DNA of 64,000 nucleotides. Origin: Octopus vulgaris. Lineage: Eukaryota. Of this stretch, positions 27,764-40,627 are shown piece by piece. The DNA lies in assembly GCA_951406725.2 (NCBI GenBank), contig OX597824.1, positions 8,866,001-8,930,000 of the forward strand. The letters are read 5' to 3'. Each line of letters opens with the position of its first letter. The first letter of the stretch is position 1. Under the pieces are notes generated by a model that saw only the letters and a program-made list of their open reading frames with translations, was not told the origin of the DNA and did not search any database. The translations under genes were made by a program, and so were the position numbers.

Positions 27764-28155
27764 CTCTTTTACTCTTTTACTTGTTTCAGTCATTTGCTGA
27801 GGCACCGCCTTTAGTCGACAAATCGGGACTTATTCTTTTTAAGCCCAGTACTTATTCTATCGGTCTTTTTTGTCGAAACGCTAAGTGACGGAGACGTAAA
27901 CACACCATCATCGGCTGTCAAGCAATGCTAGGGGGACAAACACAGACACATAAACACACACACACACATACATATATATATATACATATATACGACAGGC
28001 TTATTTCAGTTTCCGTCTACCAAATCTACTCACAAGGCTTTTGTCGGCCCGAGGCTATAGTAGAAGACACTTGCCCAAAATGCCACGCAGTGGAACTGAA
28101 CCCAGAACCATGTGGTTGGTAAGGAAGCTACTTACCACACAGCCACTCCTGCGCC
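27764..28155 (-). mobile_element. SINE family B (tRNA head, CORE-like domain, internal microsatellite), full length
   Basis: Minus strand ggcgcaggagtggctgtgtggtaagtagc...gggttcagttccactgcgtggcattttgggcaagtgtcttctactatagcc...(TA)n(TG)n...atgactgaaacaagtaaaagagtaaaagag. Confidence 0.85.
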
Positions 28156-28493
28156 TATAGCTACTCCTGCGCCTATATGGAGATGTTGTTGTTGTTGTTA
28201 TCATAATTATTGGCAGAATCTAAAGGACTGCCACGCATGATTTCTTCCGACTCTTCACATTCAAATGTTCAATACCGTCATAGTCAACACTGACTTTCAC
28301 TAATTCCGGATCGACAAAAACTAAACAACCGACTCACACCTAAGTTTGTTGGCCATATACCAGAACTTGAAACCGTGACATAATAATTATTATAAATCTA
28401 TTAGAAGCTATTTTAATTAGTGCGGAGGTTATTTTGAGGTTTGGTGATAAGACTCTTTACATCTCAACGATCTTCCTAAGTATTCTTGCAGAA

Positions 28494-29178
28494 GGTCTTG
28501 TGTAGGTCTTTACCCCAATGAGGCCAAGACTGAATATATAAACAAGTGCCTGTCCAACAGTGATTGCATCATCCATACTCTCAACAATGCGCCCTTAAAT
28601 ATGGTTTCTGATTACAAATATCTTGGGTCATACATATCATCATCTGGAAAAGATTTTCTAACTAGAAAGGGTATGGCCTGGTCAGCCTGTAATGACATAC
28701 ATAAGATCTGGTCATCAAATCTAACTAGAGACTTCAAACTTGAAATCTTCAAAGCCACAGTCGAACCAATTCTACTATAAGGCTCAAAAACCTGGACGTT
28801 ATCAAAGAAGCTTGAGAGGCGGTTGGATGGAACCTACACTCGCCTCCTTATGAGAGCTCAAAATCTCTCGTGGAAGCGCCATCCAACAAAAATGCAAATA
28901 TATGGGAAACTACCACCTGTGTCATCTCTTGTGAAAGGTAGGAGAGTCCAGTTTGCTGGACATTGTTGTAGAGCTGAAAAAGAGGTAATTTCTACTTTTC
29001 TCCTCTGGAAGCCATCTACTCGCAATACCAGAGGGCGCACACTCTCCTACCTTGATGTAATCTCCAGGGATACAGGTATCCAGCAACAGGATCTCCGTAA
29101 TGTCATGATGGACCATGAAGTCTGGCGTAGCATTGTAAATTCCATTGTCTCGACAACGGTCGAACAATAATGATGATG
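28494..29178 (+). mobile_element. 5'-truncated RTE-clade LINE with 12-bp TSD
   Basis: TSD ATTCTTGCAGAA at 28482-28493 and 29179-29190; (TGA)n tail directly after the stop codon. Confidence 0.9.
28496..29170 (+). pseudogene. RTE-clade reverse transcriptase C-terminal portion, one in-frame stop
   Basis: Single frame SCVGLYPNEAKTEY...VSDYKYLGSYI...RKGMAWSA...IFKATVEPILL*GSKTWTL...LDGTYTRLLMRA...RRVQFAGHC; stop TAA at 28778-28780. Confidence 0.88.
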
Positions 29179-29205
29179 ATTCTTGCAGAATACAAGATGG
29201 CATTT

Positions 29206-29692
29206 AAGGCGGCGAGCTGGCAGAATGCTTAGCGGTATTTCGTCTGTGTTTACGTTCTGAGTTCAAATTCTGCCGAGCTCGACTTTGCCTTTCAATCTTT
29301 CGGGGTCGATAAATTAAGGACCAGTTACGTACTGGAGTAGATGTAATCGACATAATCCGTTTGTCTGTCCTTGTTTGTCCTCTCTGTGTTTAGCCCCTTG
29401 TGGGTAATAAAGAAATAGGTATTTCATCTGTGTTTACGTTCTGAGTTCAAATTCTGCCGAGCTCGACTTTGCCTTTCATTCTTTCGGGGTCTATAAATTA
29501 AGTACCAGTTACGCACTGGGGTCGATGTAATCGACTTAATCCGTTTGTCTGTCCTTGTTTGTCCTCTCTGTGTTTAGCCCCTTGTGGGTAGTAAAGAAAT
29601 AGGCACTTCGTCCATCATAGTTTTGAGTTCAAATTCCATCGAGATCGACTTTCTCTTCTATTCTTTCGGCGTCGATAAAATAAGCACCAGTT
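29206..29692 (+). mobile_element. SINE family C with internal 184-bp tandem repetition (~2.5 units)
   Basis: Units start at 29234, 29418 and 29602. Confidence 0.85.
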
Positions 29693-30524
29693 GTGCATGT
29701 AATAAAAATGATTACTTATTTATTCATTAGTTTGTTTATATATTTCTTCATTGATTGATTCCTTCAGTCGCATTCTGTTTCTTACTAAAAAATAAAAAAA
29801 AAAAACAGACTTCGAACGACTAGCGTTCAGAATACACTGGAAATTCTTACCACCGAATCTCAGGTGGAATAATGCTGGCCTACCGTGTATCATTTCAGGT
29901 AAATCTTCTTCTCTAGATATTATTTGATCAATCTCAGATAAAATTCTTTCATCTTAACCGAATCCAACTCAATGATAGATTCGCTCCATAATTCCGTCAA
30001 TATTCGCTTCTTTCATTGTAATTCAATATGTGGCATCGGTTGATTTGTTAAACTAAGTTATTCTATGTTCTTCCCAGATTCTGTAATTCTTTACATACAC
30101 GAATACATTTTGTGGTAGGTGTGTGTTGTGTGTGTGTGTGTGTGTGTGATGTGTATGCGTATATTTAATTAGGATATAGATTCGGTAAACATTAATTTAC
30201 TTACACACACACACACATATATATATTATTACATATATATATATATATATATATGTAATAATAATATATATATATATATGCATATATGTATGTTTTTATA
30301 TATGTGTATAATACTAATATATTTATATATAGGTGTGTGTGTGTGTATATAAATAAATATTATCATTACACACACACACATACACACACACACACATATA
30401 TATATATTATTACATATATATATGTAATTATAATAATAATAATAATAATGATATATATATATATATATATGTATGGATATATGTATGTTTTTTATGTGTA
30501 TAATACTTATATATTTATATATAG

Positions 30525-30564
<40 letters not shown>

Positions 30565-31182
30565 ATATACATATAAATGTTATCATTACACACACACACA
30601 CATACACACACACATATATAAAGACATAAAGAAAATCATATGAATGCACGCATGTAAGTACGCGTAGCATACACCTGTTAAATCTGTTCATATATTATGT
30701 ATGCGCTTTCGTGTATGCGTGTGTCTATCATTGTCTGCGTGCATCTAAATCTTCGTATACCTGTATCTCTCCGCCATACCTATGTCTGTGTGTCTCCGCC
30801 TTCCTGTGAATGTGTCCCAATCTCTGTGAGTCTTACGTGTGCATCGCTTTAGTCACATACTATCAGTTACGCTTATTCCTAGTCGCGATTGTGCTTAATA
30901 TAATTTTCAATGCGAATAAGAACTAAATTAGATTATAGTTGCCATGGCAACATATGGAAGTAAACATAAGCAATTTTTTCCCCCTCCAAGTAATATACAA
31001 GCGTCACATCAAACAGCTGTTATTCTTTGATATATTCCCACACACCGACTGTCGCAACGTACAAGGTTTGGAGAGCGCTCTTTAAAATACTGCTTATGAA
31101 GAATTCTAAATGTGTGGCCTTTAGTGAGCATTTGTTATTATTGTATCTATTCCTGATTCTATCGGTCTCTTTTGCTGAAGAG

Positions 31183-31401
31183 GTACGTGTACTCTTAACG
31201 TAGTTCTCAGGGAGATTCTGGGTGGCACAGAATGTGATTAGCTTGACCCTTCGTATTACAGGGACAACAGATGTTTGCCTGCTGGGTGGACTGGAGCAAC
31301 GTGAAATTAAGGGTATTGCGCAAAGACACGCTTCAATGGGAATCGAACTCACAGAATTACGATCGTGACCCGGATGCCCTAACTAACAAACTATGCACCT
31401 T
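31183..31401 (-). mobile_element. SINE family A-related degenerate copy
   Basis: acgtgtactcttaacgtagttctc...gggaatcgaactcac...gccctaactaac. Confidence 0.55.
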
Positions 31402-31451
31402 CACAAGGGGGACAAACCCATGCACAAAGACACAAACAAATATATACTTAT

Positions 31452-31490
<39 letters not shown>

Positions 31491-32511
31491 TAGTAGCACG
31501 GGTCCTCAGATGTTCCGGTTTGGTGTTCAGCGTGCTGAAACCTGAGTGGGAGAGAGACACCCCTTAGCTTTCGTTAAAGTATGTTTCTAGGAGAAGGTGA
31601 CTCTGATGAAAAACCAGATATGCAGAGAATGGCAATATTTCCTTTTCTCTTCCTGAAGTGGATCAAGAAATAATCTACCGAGGGGATGTGTCAAACTACT
31701 GCACGCAATTTTCAACTTTGTGCATTCTAAGTTCAAATCACGTCGCCACCTGCTGTTGTACTAGACTTCATCTCTTACCCGACTGAACACTTACACCTGA
31801 CTTTTGAGTGCCGTTTGACGAGTCCAGACTTTGCACGTTTCCAGATTGATGCTGCTGTTAAACGATGAAGCATTCAAGTAATGGTGACTCCTTAATAGCG
31901 AACATAAAACTTAACTAACTCAATATTTGGTGATCGTTCATGGATGTCATTGAACAAATCATTGGTTATACGCTACTGAATAAGCTCAGAACAGCAAAAT
32001 TGCTCTTTGGAATTCATCTTTTCCGGCACAAGTTAACACTTTATCTTCTAGGCATAGACCTACAAATGTTCAAAATTCATATCAACCCTAGGAGCACAAT
32101 GGTCGATCGATATGTACACATCTCTAATTGGTTTCAAATATTGTCATAATGCCAGAAAACTCCGGTTGAGTGCGTAAGTCGATCCAAGCACGCAACAGGT
32201 GCTTATACCATCGAACCCCGAAAGGATAAAAGGAAAAATTTGATCTCAGCGGAAGGACGAAATGCCGGTACGTATTTCGTCCGAAGCCGTAACGAATTCT
32301 CTCAGCTCGCTACCTTGCACACACGCAGACTTCGTATGTTTTGAATTATGTATAAGTACGAGCAAACGAAGTGACCAAGGGATTCAATTTCATAGCAGCA
32401 ACAGCGAAACTCCAACACTCACACGCACACAGTTTACGAACACACGCGAGCGCGCACATGCATATGCATATATTATCTATGTTTGTGCCGGTGCACGTAA
32501 AAAGCACCCAC

Positions 32512-32666
32512 TACACTCTTGCAGTGGTGGGCATTAGGAAGGGTATCCAGCTGTAGAAACCTTACCAAATCAGACAGGAACCTGGTGCAGCTTACCAGTC
32601 TTTAGTCAAACCATCCAACCCATACCAGTAGAGAAATCGGACGTTCAATAATGGTGATGATGATGA
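32512..32666 (+). mobile_element. SINE 3' fragment with ttaggaagggtatccagctgtagaaac domain and (GAT)n tail
   Basis: Similar to 14120-14275; RTE-like tail. Confidence 0.55.
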
Positions 32667-32677
32667 TATGTATGTAT

Positions 32678-32868
32678 AGATAGTTAGAGAAATAGATAGA
32701 TATATCGATAGATAGACAAATATATAGATAGGTAGATAGTGAGATAGATAAATAGATAGGTAGGTAGATAGATAGACAGACAGACAGAGGTAGATAGTAA
32801 GATAGATAGATAGATAGATAGATAGATATATAGATAGAAGGGAGATAACTAGCTACCTAAATAGATGA

Positions 32869-32915
<47 letters not shown>

Positions 32916-33105
32916 TATAAATAGATAGATAAATAGATAGACAGAGATATAGCTAGCCAGCTAGATAAATAGATAGGTAGATAGTTAAATAGATAGACAG
33001 ATGAATAGAGAGGTAGATAGTTAGATAGATAGATAGATAAATAGATAGATACACAGAGAGCTAGCTAGCTAGCTGGATAGATAAATAGATATATGAGATA
33101 GATAG
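32678..33105. repeat. (GATA)n imperfect microsatellite
   Basis: Direct reading. Confidence 0.9.
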
Positions 33106-34105
33106 GTATGCGTGTGTGAGTGTGAGTGTGTCAGTGAACAATGAACTAGCAGCGTTTAGTTATGCTATTTATAAGTTCATCTCTGTCTTTTCGCCCAGTA
33201 AAATAATGACACAAAAATACAAAACAAACACAAATGAAAAAAAACAAAACATACGAAATACACGAATCATAAAAGAAAAAAAAACTAACGCTAATCATGG
33301 TGCGTGGGTTTTCAATCGGATCGGTGAAGACCCCTTTTACAGATATTCATGCATACAACTGCACCGCATCAATGAAATATATCAGACCCAAAGACCCTAC
33401 GCTATCAATAAATGGTTCAACATTGAATCTATTCAACAACTGCACTTCTCCACACACAGAACAGAAATTGTGTTCTAGTCACAGAGATTCAAGGCATTGC
33501 TGTATCCTGTATTTATGCGACTCAAAGTTCAATATGACGAAGGTGTTTCTTTTAGTAACAAAAAAAAGATACAATCAACAAAATATAAACAAAATTACAG
33601 TCGACATAAATATAAATAAAAATATATTGTAAAAGAATGAAAGCCTACTTTTCTCGTAAAGTTGGTTGTCGTTTTGTTTTGTTTTGTTTGTTTTTTTCTT
33701 TTCCTTTATTTATTTTTTCTTTTTGTTTTGTTGTTGTTTTGCTTGAGGAAAGCATTAAGGTAATGGAAGATGGCTGACTCTCTTTACTATCAGTATTTAA
33801 GTATTATGGAGAAAAAAAACATTGCCTGTCTGTATGCAGGTTTGCATACGTGTTGGTGTACGTGCACATACATACATGCATGCATATATATATACACACA
33901 CATACATACATACATACATACATACATACATACATACATACATACATACGTACATACATGCATGCATGCATACATACATACATACATACATATATATATA
34001 TGTATATACATGTATATAAACATACATACTTACATGCATGCCTACGTACCTACCTACCTACCTACATACATACGTATATACATACACACATACCTATATA
34101 ATTAG

Positions 34106-34147
<42 letters not shown>

Positions 34148-34232
34148 ATATATACACATATATATATATATAGATGTATATAAATATACATAATTCCATA
34201 CATACGTACATATATAGGTATATATATATGTA

Positions 34233-34290
<58 letters not shown>

Positions 34291-34347
34291 GATGCATATA
34301 TATACGTATACTGGCGTGTGCGTAAGTGTGTGTATGTGTATGCAATA

Positions 34348-34383
<36 letters not shown>

Positions 34384-34576
34384 ATGCGTGAACATTTTTT
34401 AATATGTATATTCCATTCGAAAATAAGAATAAAAATTGGAAAATTCAATATTATAATATTTCTTATTTTAACGCATTGAATGCATTGAATGACACAGTCC
34501 GGAAATTAATTGAAAATAGGCAGAAATGTTGTTTTGTAGATCACTTGCATACATCACACATTGCAACAACCAGAGG

Positions 34577-34715
<139 letters not shown>

Positions 34716-35034
34716 CACACACACACTAGAAAAGGCAGAGACAACCATACGGACACATATCGAAACGCTTGTAGAGACATATGAATAAATATAGAAGCAT
34801 ACACACTTAAGCTTACAGAAGAAACACACACACACACGCACACACACATGCACATGCACATGCACATGCACACGCGCACAGACACACATACACGCAAACA
34901 CACACACACAGGTTCAAAATAGACGCATACCTACAAGCAAAGTAAAACACAGTCAAACATTCATGTGTACTGAAATCCGTTACGTATGTCTATGTATATA
35001 TATATGTGTATATATATATGTATGTGTGTGTATT

Positions 35035-35088
<54 letters not shown>

Positions 35089-35271
35089 AGATGTCAGACA
35101 CATGCAGACACAGTCTCAAACACACATACACACGCACAGATACACCATACCGCGCCCGATAATAGTATCCGTATATAGATAATGAAATATGCATACATAT
35201 ACACGCACACGCATATTCCTTTGAGAGTGTGCATGTATGTGTGCGTGCATGGGTTCCTTTGTATGTGTTTG

Positions 35272-35318
<47 letters not shown>

Positions 35319-35322
<4 letters not shown>

Positions 35323-35510
35323 TTAATTAATAAGGGTGAGAGAATTAGATACTAATTTAATAGTATATTTATTCCACACCAAGTGGCCTAGTGCTACGAG
35401 AAACCTGGATTATTATAATATTTTATAACATATTATAATATTTTCACAAAATAAATATAAGAGAGTGTTCACTATATTGATCACTCTAGCACCAGTTAAT
35501 CCAAGAGGTT
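35319..35510 (-). repeat. Inverted partial copy of the 535-bp unit
   Basis: Reverse complement of 35900-36091; no differences seen by eye. Confidence 0.95.
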
Positions 35511-35720
35511 ACTATTAAATTAGTATCTAATTCTCTCACCCTTATTAATTAATTATAATTATGCTGCATTTATTTCTAAATGCTGTATTTGTTTTTCCGT
35601 GAGAGTTTGGCGCGCTGTTGGTTGGGGCATTTGAATTATAACGTCCGATGTAATCAATTGAACCGCACGCGTAATTATCGTTATGGTAAAATCTGGCGTG
35701 TGATTGAGTGGATTTCATCA

Positions 35721-35812
35721 AGATAGCCTTGGCTGAAGAGCTACAAATGGATTACTGTAAGTAATATTACATTTAATTCATTAATAGCGAAACAATTGTC
35801 CCAAGATAATCT
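35721..35812 (+). ncRNA. Type I hammerhead ribozyme, copy 1
   Basis: Stem I cttgg (35728-32)/ccaag (35801-05), extended by agat/atct across an internal loop. Core CTGAAGA 35733-39; stem II gcta/tagc with a long hairpin; GAAA 35789-92; palindromic stem III ACAATTGT; GUC cleavage after 35800. Confidence 0.88.
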
Positions 35813-36255
35813 GTATTTTTGTTATTTTTTATTTGCCCTGTCCGTGTGAACTAACAGTCGTACCGGCTTTCATGGGAAACATATATTTTTCGTGGTTGAA
35901 ACCTCTTGGATTAACTGGTGCTAGAGTGATCAATATAGTGAACACTCTCTTATATTTATTTTGTGAAAATATTATAATATGTTATAAAATATTATAATAA
36001 TCCAGGTTTCTCGTAGCACTAGGCCACTTGGTGTGGAATAAATATACTATTAAATTAGTATCTAATTCTCTCACCCTTATTAATTAATTATAATTATGCT
36101 GCATTTATTTCTAAATGCTGTATTTGTTTTTCCGTGAGAGTTTGGCGCGCTGTTGGTTGGGGCATTTGAATTATAACGTCCGATGTAATCAATTGAACCG
36201 CACGCGTAATTATCGTTATGGTAAAATCTGGCGTGTGATTGAGTGGATTTCATCA

Positions 36256-36347
36256 AGATAGCCTTGGCTGAAGAGCTACAAATGGATTACTGTAAGTAAT
36301 ATTACATTTAATTCATTAATAGCGAAACAATTGTCCCAAGATAATCT
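36256..36347 (+). ncRNA. Type I hammerhead ribozyme, copy 2
   Basis: Same as copy 1; cleavage after 36335. Confidence 0.88.
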
Positions 36348-36790
36348 GTATTTTTGTTATTTTTTATTTGCCCTGTCCGTGTGAACTAACAGTCGTACCG
36401 GCTTTCATGGGAAACATATATTTTTCGTGGTTGAAACCTCTTGGATTAACTGGTGCTAGAGTGATCAATATAGTGAACACTCTCTTATATTTATTTTGTG
36501 AAAATATTATAATATGTTATAAAATATTATAATAATCCAGGTTTCTCGTAGCACTAGGCCACTTGGTGTGGAATAAATATACTATTAAATTAGTATCTAA
36601 TTCTCTCACCCTTATTAATTAATTATAATTATGCTGCATTTATTTCTAAATGCTGTATTTGTTTTTCCGTGAGAGTTTGGCGCGCTGTTGGTTGGGGCAT
36701 TTGAATTATAACGTCCGATGTAATCAATTGAACCGCACGCGTAATTATCGTTATGGTAAAATCTGGCGTGTGATTGAGTGGATTTCATCA

Positions 36791-36882
36791 AGATAGCCTT
36801 GGCTGAAGAGCTACAAATGGATTACTGTAAGTAATATTACATTTAATTCATTAATAGCGAAACAATTGTCCCAAGATAATCT
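36791..36882 (+). ncRNA. Type I hammerhead ribozyme, copy 3
   Basis: Same as copy 1; cleavage after 36870. Confidence 0.88.
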
Positions 36883-37325
36883 GTATTTTTGTTATTTTTT
36901 ATTTGCCCTGTCCGTGTGAACTAACAGTCGTACCGGCTTTCATGGGAAACATATATTTTTCGTGGTTGAAACCTCTTGGATTAACTGGTGCTAGAGTGAT
37001 CAATATAGTGAACACTCTCTTATATTTATTTTGTGAAAATATTATAATATGTTATAAAATATTATAATAATCCAGGTTTCTCGTAGCACTAGGCCACTTG
37101 GTGTGGAATAAATATACTATTAAATTAGTATCTAATTCTCTCACCCTTATTAATTAATTATAATTATGCTGCATTTATTTCTAAATGCTGTATTTGTTTT
37201 TCCGTGAGAGTTTGGCGCGCTGTTGGTTGGGGCATTTGAATTATAACGTCCGATGTAATCAATTGAACCGCACGCGTAATTATCGTTATGGTAAAATCTG
37301 GCGTGTGATTGAGTGGATTTCATCA

Positions 37326-37417
37326 AGATAGCCTTGGCTGAAGAGCTACAAATGGATTACTGTAAGTAATATTACATTTAATTCATTAATAGCGAAACAA
37401 TTGTCCCAAGATAATCT
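37326..37417 (+). ncRNA. Type I hammerhead ribozyme, copy 4
   Basis: Same as copy 1; cleavage after 37405. Confidence 0.88.
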
Positions 37418-37860
37418 GTATTTTTGTTATTTTTTATTTGCCCTGTCCGTGTGAACTAACAGTCGTACCGGCTTTCATGGGAAACATATATTTTTCGTGG
37501 TTGAAACCTCTTGGATTAACTGGTGCTAGAGTGATCAATATAGTGAACACTCTCTTATATTTATTTTGTGAAAATATTATAATATGTTATAAAATATTAT
37601 AATAATCCAGGTTTCTCGTAGCACTAGGCCACTTGGTGTGGAATAAATATACTATTAAATTAGTATCTAATTCTCTCACCCTTATTAATTAATTATAATT
37701 ATGCTGCATTTATTTCTAAATGCTGTATTTGTTTTTCCGTGAGAGTTTGGCGCGCTGTTGGTTGGGGCATTTGAATTATAACGTCCGATGTAATCAATTG
37801 AACCGCACGCGTAATTATCGTTATGGTAAAATCTGGCGTGTGATTGAGTGGATTTCATCA

Positions 37861-37952
37861 AGATAGCCTTGGCTGAAGAGCTACAAATGGATTACTGTAA
37901 GTAATATTACATTTAATTCATTAATAGCGAAACAATTGTCCCAAGATAATCT
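37861..37952 (+). ncRNA. Type I hammerhead ribozyme, copy 5
   Basis: Same as copy 1; cleavage after 37940. Confidence 0.88.
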
Positions 37953-38395
37953 GTATTTTTGTTATTTTTTATTTGCCCTGTCCGTGTGAACTAACAGTCG
38001 TACCGGCTTTCATGGGAAACATATATTTTTCGTGGTTGAAACCTCTTGGATTAACTGGTGCTAGAGTGATCAATATAGTGAACACTCTCTTATATTTATT
38101 TTGTGAAAATATTATAATATGTTATAAAATATTATAATAATCCAGGTTTCTCGTAGCACTAGGCCACTTGGTGTGGAATAAATATACTATTAAATTAGTA
38201 TCTAATTCTCTCACCCTTATTAATTAATTATAATTATGCTGCATTTATTTCTAAATGCTGTATTTGTTTTTCCGTGAGAGTTTGGCGCGCTGTTGGTTGG
38301 GGCATTTGAATTATAACGTCCGATGTAATCAATTGAACCGCACGCGTAATTATCGTTATGGTAAAATCTGGCGTGTGATTGAGTGGATTTCATCA

Positions 38396-38487
38396 AGATA
38401 GCCTTGGCTGAAGAGCTACAAATGGATTACTGTAAGTAATATTACATTTAATTCATTAATAGCGAAACAATTGTCCCAAGATAATCT
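38396..38487 (+). ncRNA. Type I hammerhead ribozyme, copy 6
   Basis: Same as copy 1; cleavage after 38475. Confidence 0.88.
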
Positions 38488-38930
38488 GTATTTTTGTTAT
38501 TTTTTATTTGCCCTGTCCGTGTGAACTAACAGTCGTACCGGCTTTCATGGGAAACATATATTTTTCGTGGTTGAAACCTCTTGGATTAACTGGTGCTAGA
38601 GTGATCAATATAGTGAACACTCTCTTATATTTATTTTGTGAAAATATTATAATATGTTATAAAATATTATAATAATCCAGGTTTCTCGTAGCACTAGGCC
38701 ACTTGGTGTGGAATAAATATACTATTAAATTAGTATCTAATTCTCTCACCCTTATTAATTAATTATAATTATGCTGCATTTATTTCTAAATGCTGTATTT
38801 GTTTTTCCGTGAGAGTTTGGCGCGCTGTTGGTTGGGGCATTTGAATTATAACGTCCGATGTAATCAATTGAACCGCACGCGTAATTATCGTTATGGTAAA
38901 ATCTGGCGTGTGATTGAGTGGATTTCATCA

Positions 38931-39022
38931 AGATAGCCTTGGCTGAAGAGCTACAAATGGATTACTGTAAGTAATATTACATTTAATTCATTAATAGCGA
39001 AACAATTGTCCCAAGATAATCT
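38931..39022 (+). ncRNA. Type I hammerhead ribozyme, copy 7
   Basis: Same as copy 1; cleavage after 39010. Confidence 0.88.
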
Positions 39023-39465
39023 GTATTTTTGTTATTTTTTATTTGCCCTGTCCGTGTGAACTAACAGTCGTACCGGCTTTCATGGGAAACATATATTTTT
39101 CGTGGTTGAAACCTCTTGGATTAACTGGTGCTAGAGTGATCAATATAGTGAACACTCTCTTATATTTATTTTGTGAAAATATTATAATATGTTATAAAAT
39201 ATTATAATAATCCAGGTTTCTCGTAGCACTAGGCCACTTGGTGTGGAATAAATATACTATTAAATTAGTATCTAATTCTCTCACCCTTATTAATTAATTA
39301 TAATTATGCTGCATTTATTTCTAAATGCTGTATTTGTTTTTCCGTGAGAGTTTGGCGCGCTGTTGGTTGGGGCATTTGAATTATAACGTCCGATGTAATC
39401 AATTGAACCGCACGCGTAATTATCGTTATGGTAAAATCTGGCGTGTGATTGAGTGGATTTCATCA

Positions 39466-39557
39466 AGATAGCCTTGGCTGAAGAGCTACAAATGGATTAC
39501 TGTAAGTAATATTACATTTAATTCATTAATAGCGAAACAATTGTCCCAAGATAATCT
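39466..39557 (+). ncRNA. Type I hammerhead ribozyme, copy 8
   Basis: Same as copy 1; cleavage after 39545. Confidence 0.88.
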
Positions 39558-40000
39558 GTATTTTTGTTATTTTTTATTTGCCCTGTCCGTGTGAACTAAC
39601 AGTCGTACCGGCTTTCATGGGAAACATATATTTTTCGTGGTTGAAACCTCTTGGATTAACTGGTGCTAGAGTGATCAATATAGTGAACACTCTCTTATAT
39701 TTATTTTGTGAAAATATTATAATATGTTATAAAATATTATAATAATCCAGGTTTCTCGTAGCACTAGGCCACTTGGTGTGGAATAAATATACTATTAAAT
39801 TAGTATCTAATTCTCTCACCCTTATTAATTAATTATAATTATGCTGCATTTATTTCTAAATGCTGTATTTGTTTTTCCGTGAGAGTTTGGCGCGCTGTTG
39901 GTTGGGGCATTTGAATTATAACGTCCGATGTAATCAATTGAACCGCACGCGTAATTATCGTTATGGTAAAATCTGGCGTGTGATTGAGTGGATTTCATCA

Positions 40001-40092
40001 AGATAGCCTTGGCTGAAGAGCTACAAATGGATTACTGTAAGTAATATTACATTTAATTCATTAATAGCGAAACAATTGTCCCAAGATAATCT
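40001..40092 (+). ncRNA. Type I hammerhead ribozyme, copy 9
   Basis: Same as copy 1; cleavage after 40080. Confidence 0.88.
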
Positions 40093-40535
40093 GTATTTTT
40101 GTTATTTTTTATTTGCCCTGTCCGTGTGAACTAACAGTCGTACCGGCTTTCATGGGAAACATATATTTTTCGTGGTTGAAACCTCTTGGATTAACTGGTG
40201 CTAGAGTGATCAATATAGTGAACACTCTCTTATATTTATTTTGTGAAAATATTATAATATGTTATAAAATATTATAATAATCCAGGTTTCTCGTAGCACT
40301 AGGCCACTTGGTGTGGAATAAATATACTATTAAATTAGTATCTAATTCTCTCACCCTTATTAATTAATTATAATTATGCTGCATTTATTTCTAAATGCTG
40401 TATTTGTTTTTCCGTGAGAGTTTGGCGCGCTGTTGGTTGGGGCATTTGAATTATAACGTCCGATGTAATCAATTGAACCGCACGCGTAATTATCGTTATG
40501 GTAAAATCTGGCGTGTGATTGAGTGGATTTCATCA

Positions 40536-40627
40536 AGATAGCCTTGGCTGAAGAGCTACAAATGGATTACTGTAAGTAATATTACATTTAATTCATTAAT
40601 AGCGAAACAATTGTCCCAAGATAATCT
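40536..40627 (+). ncRNA. Type I hammerhead ribozyme, copy 10
   Basis: Same as copy 1; cleavage after 40615. Confidence 0.88.
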
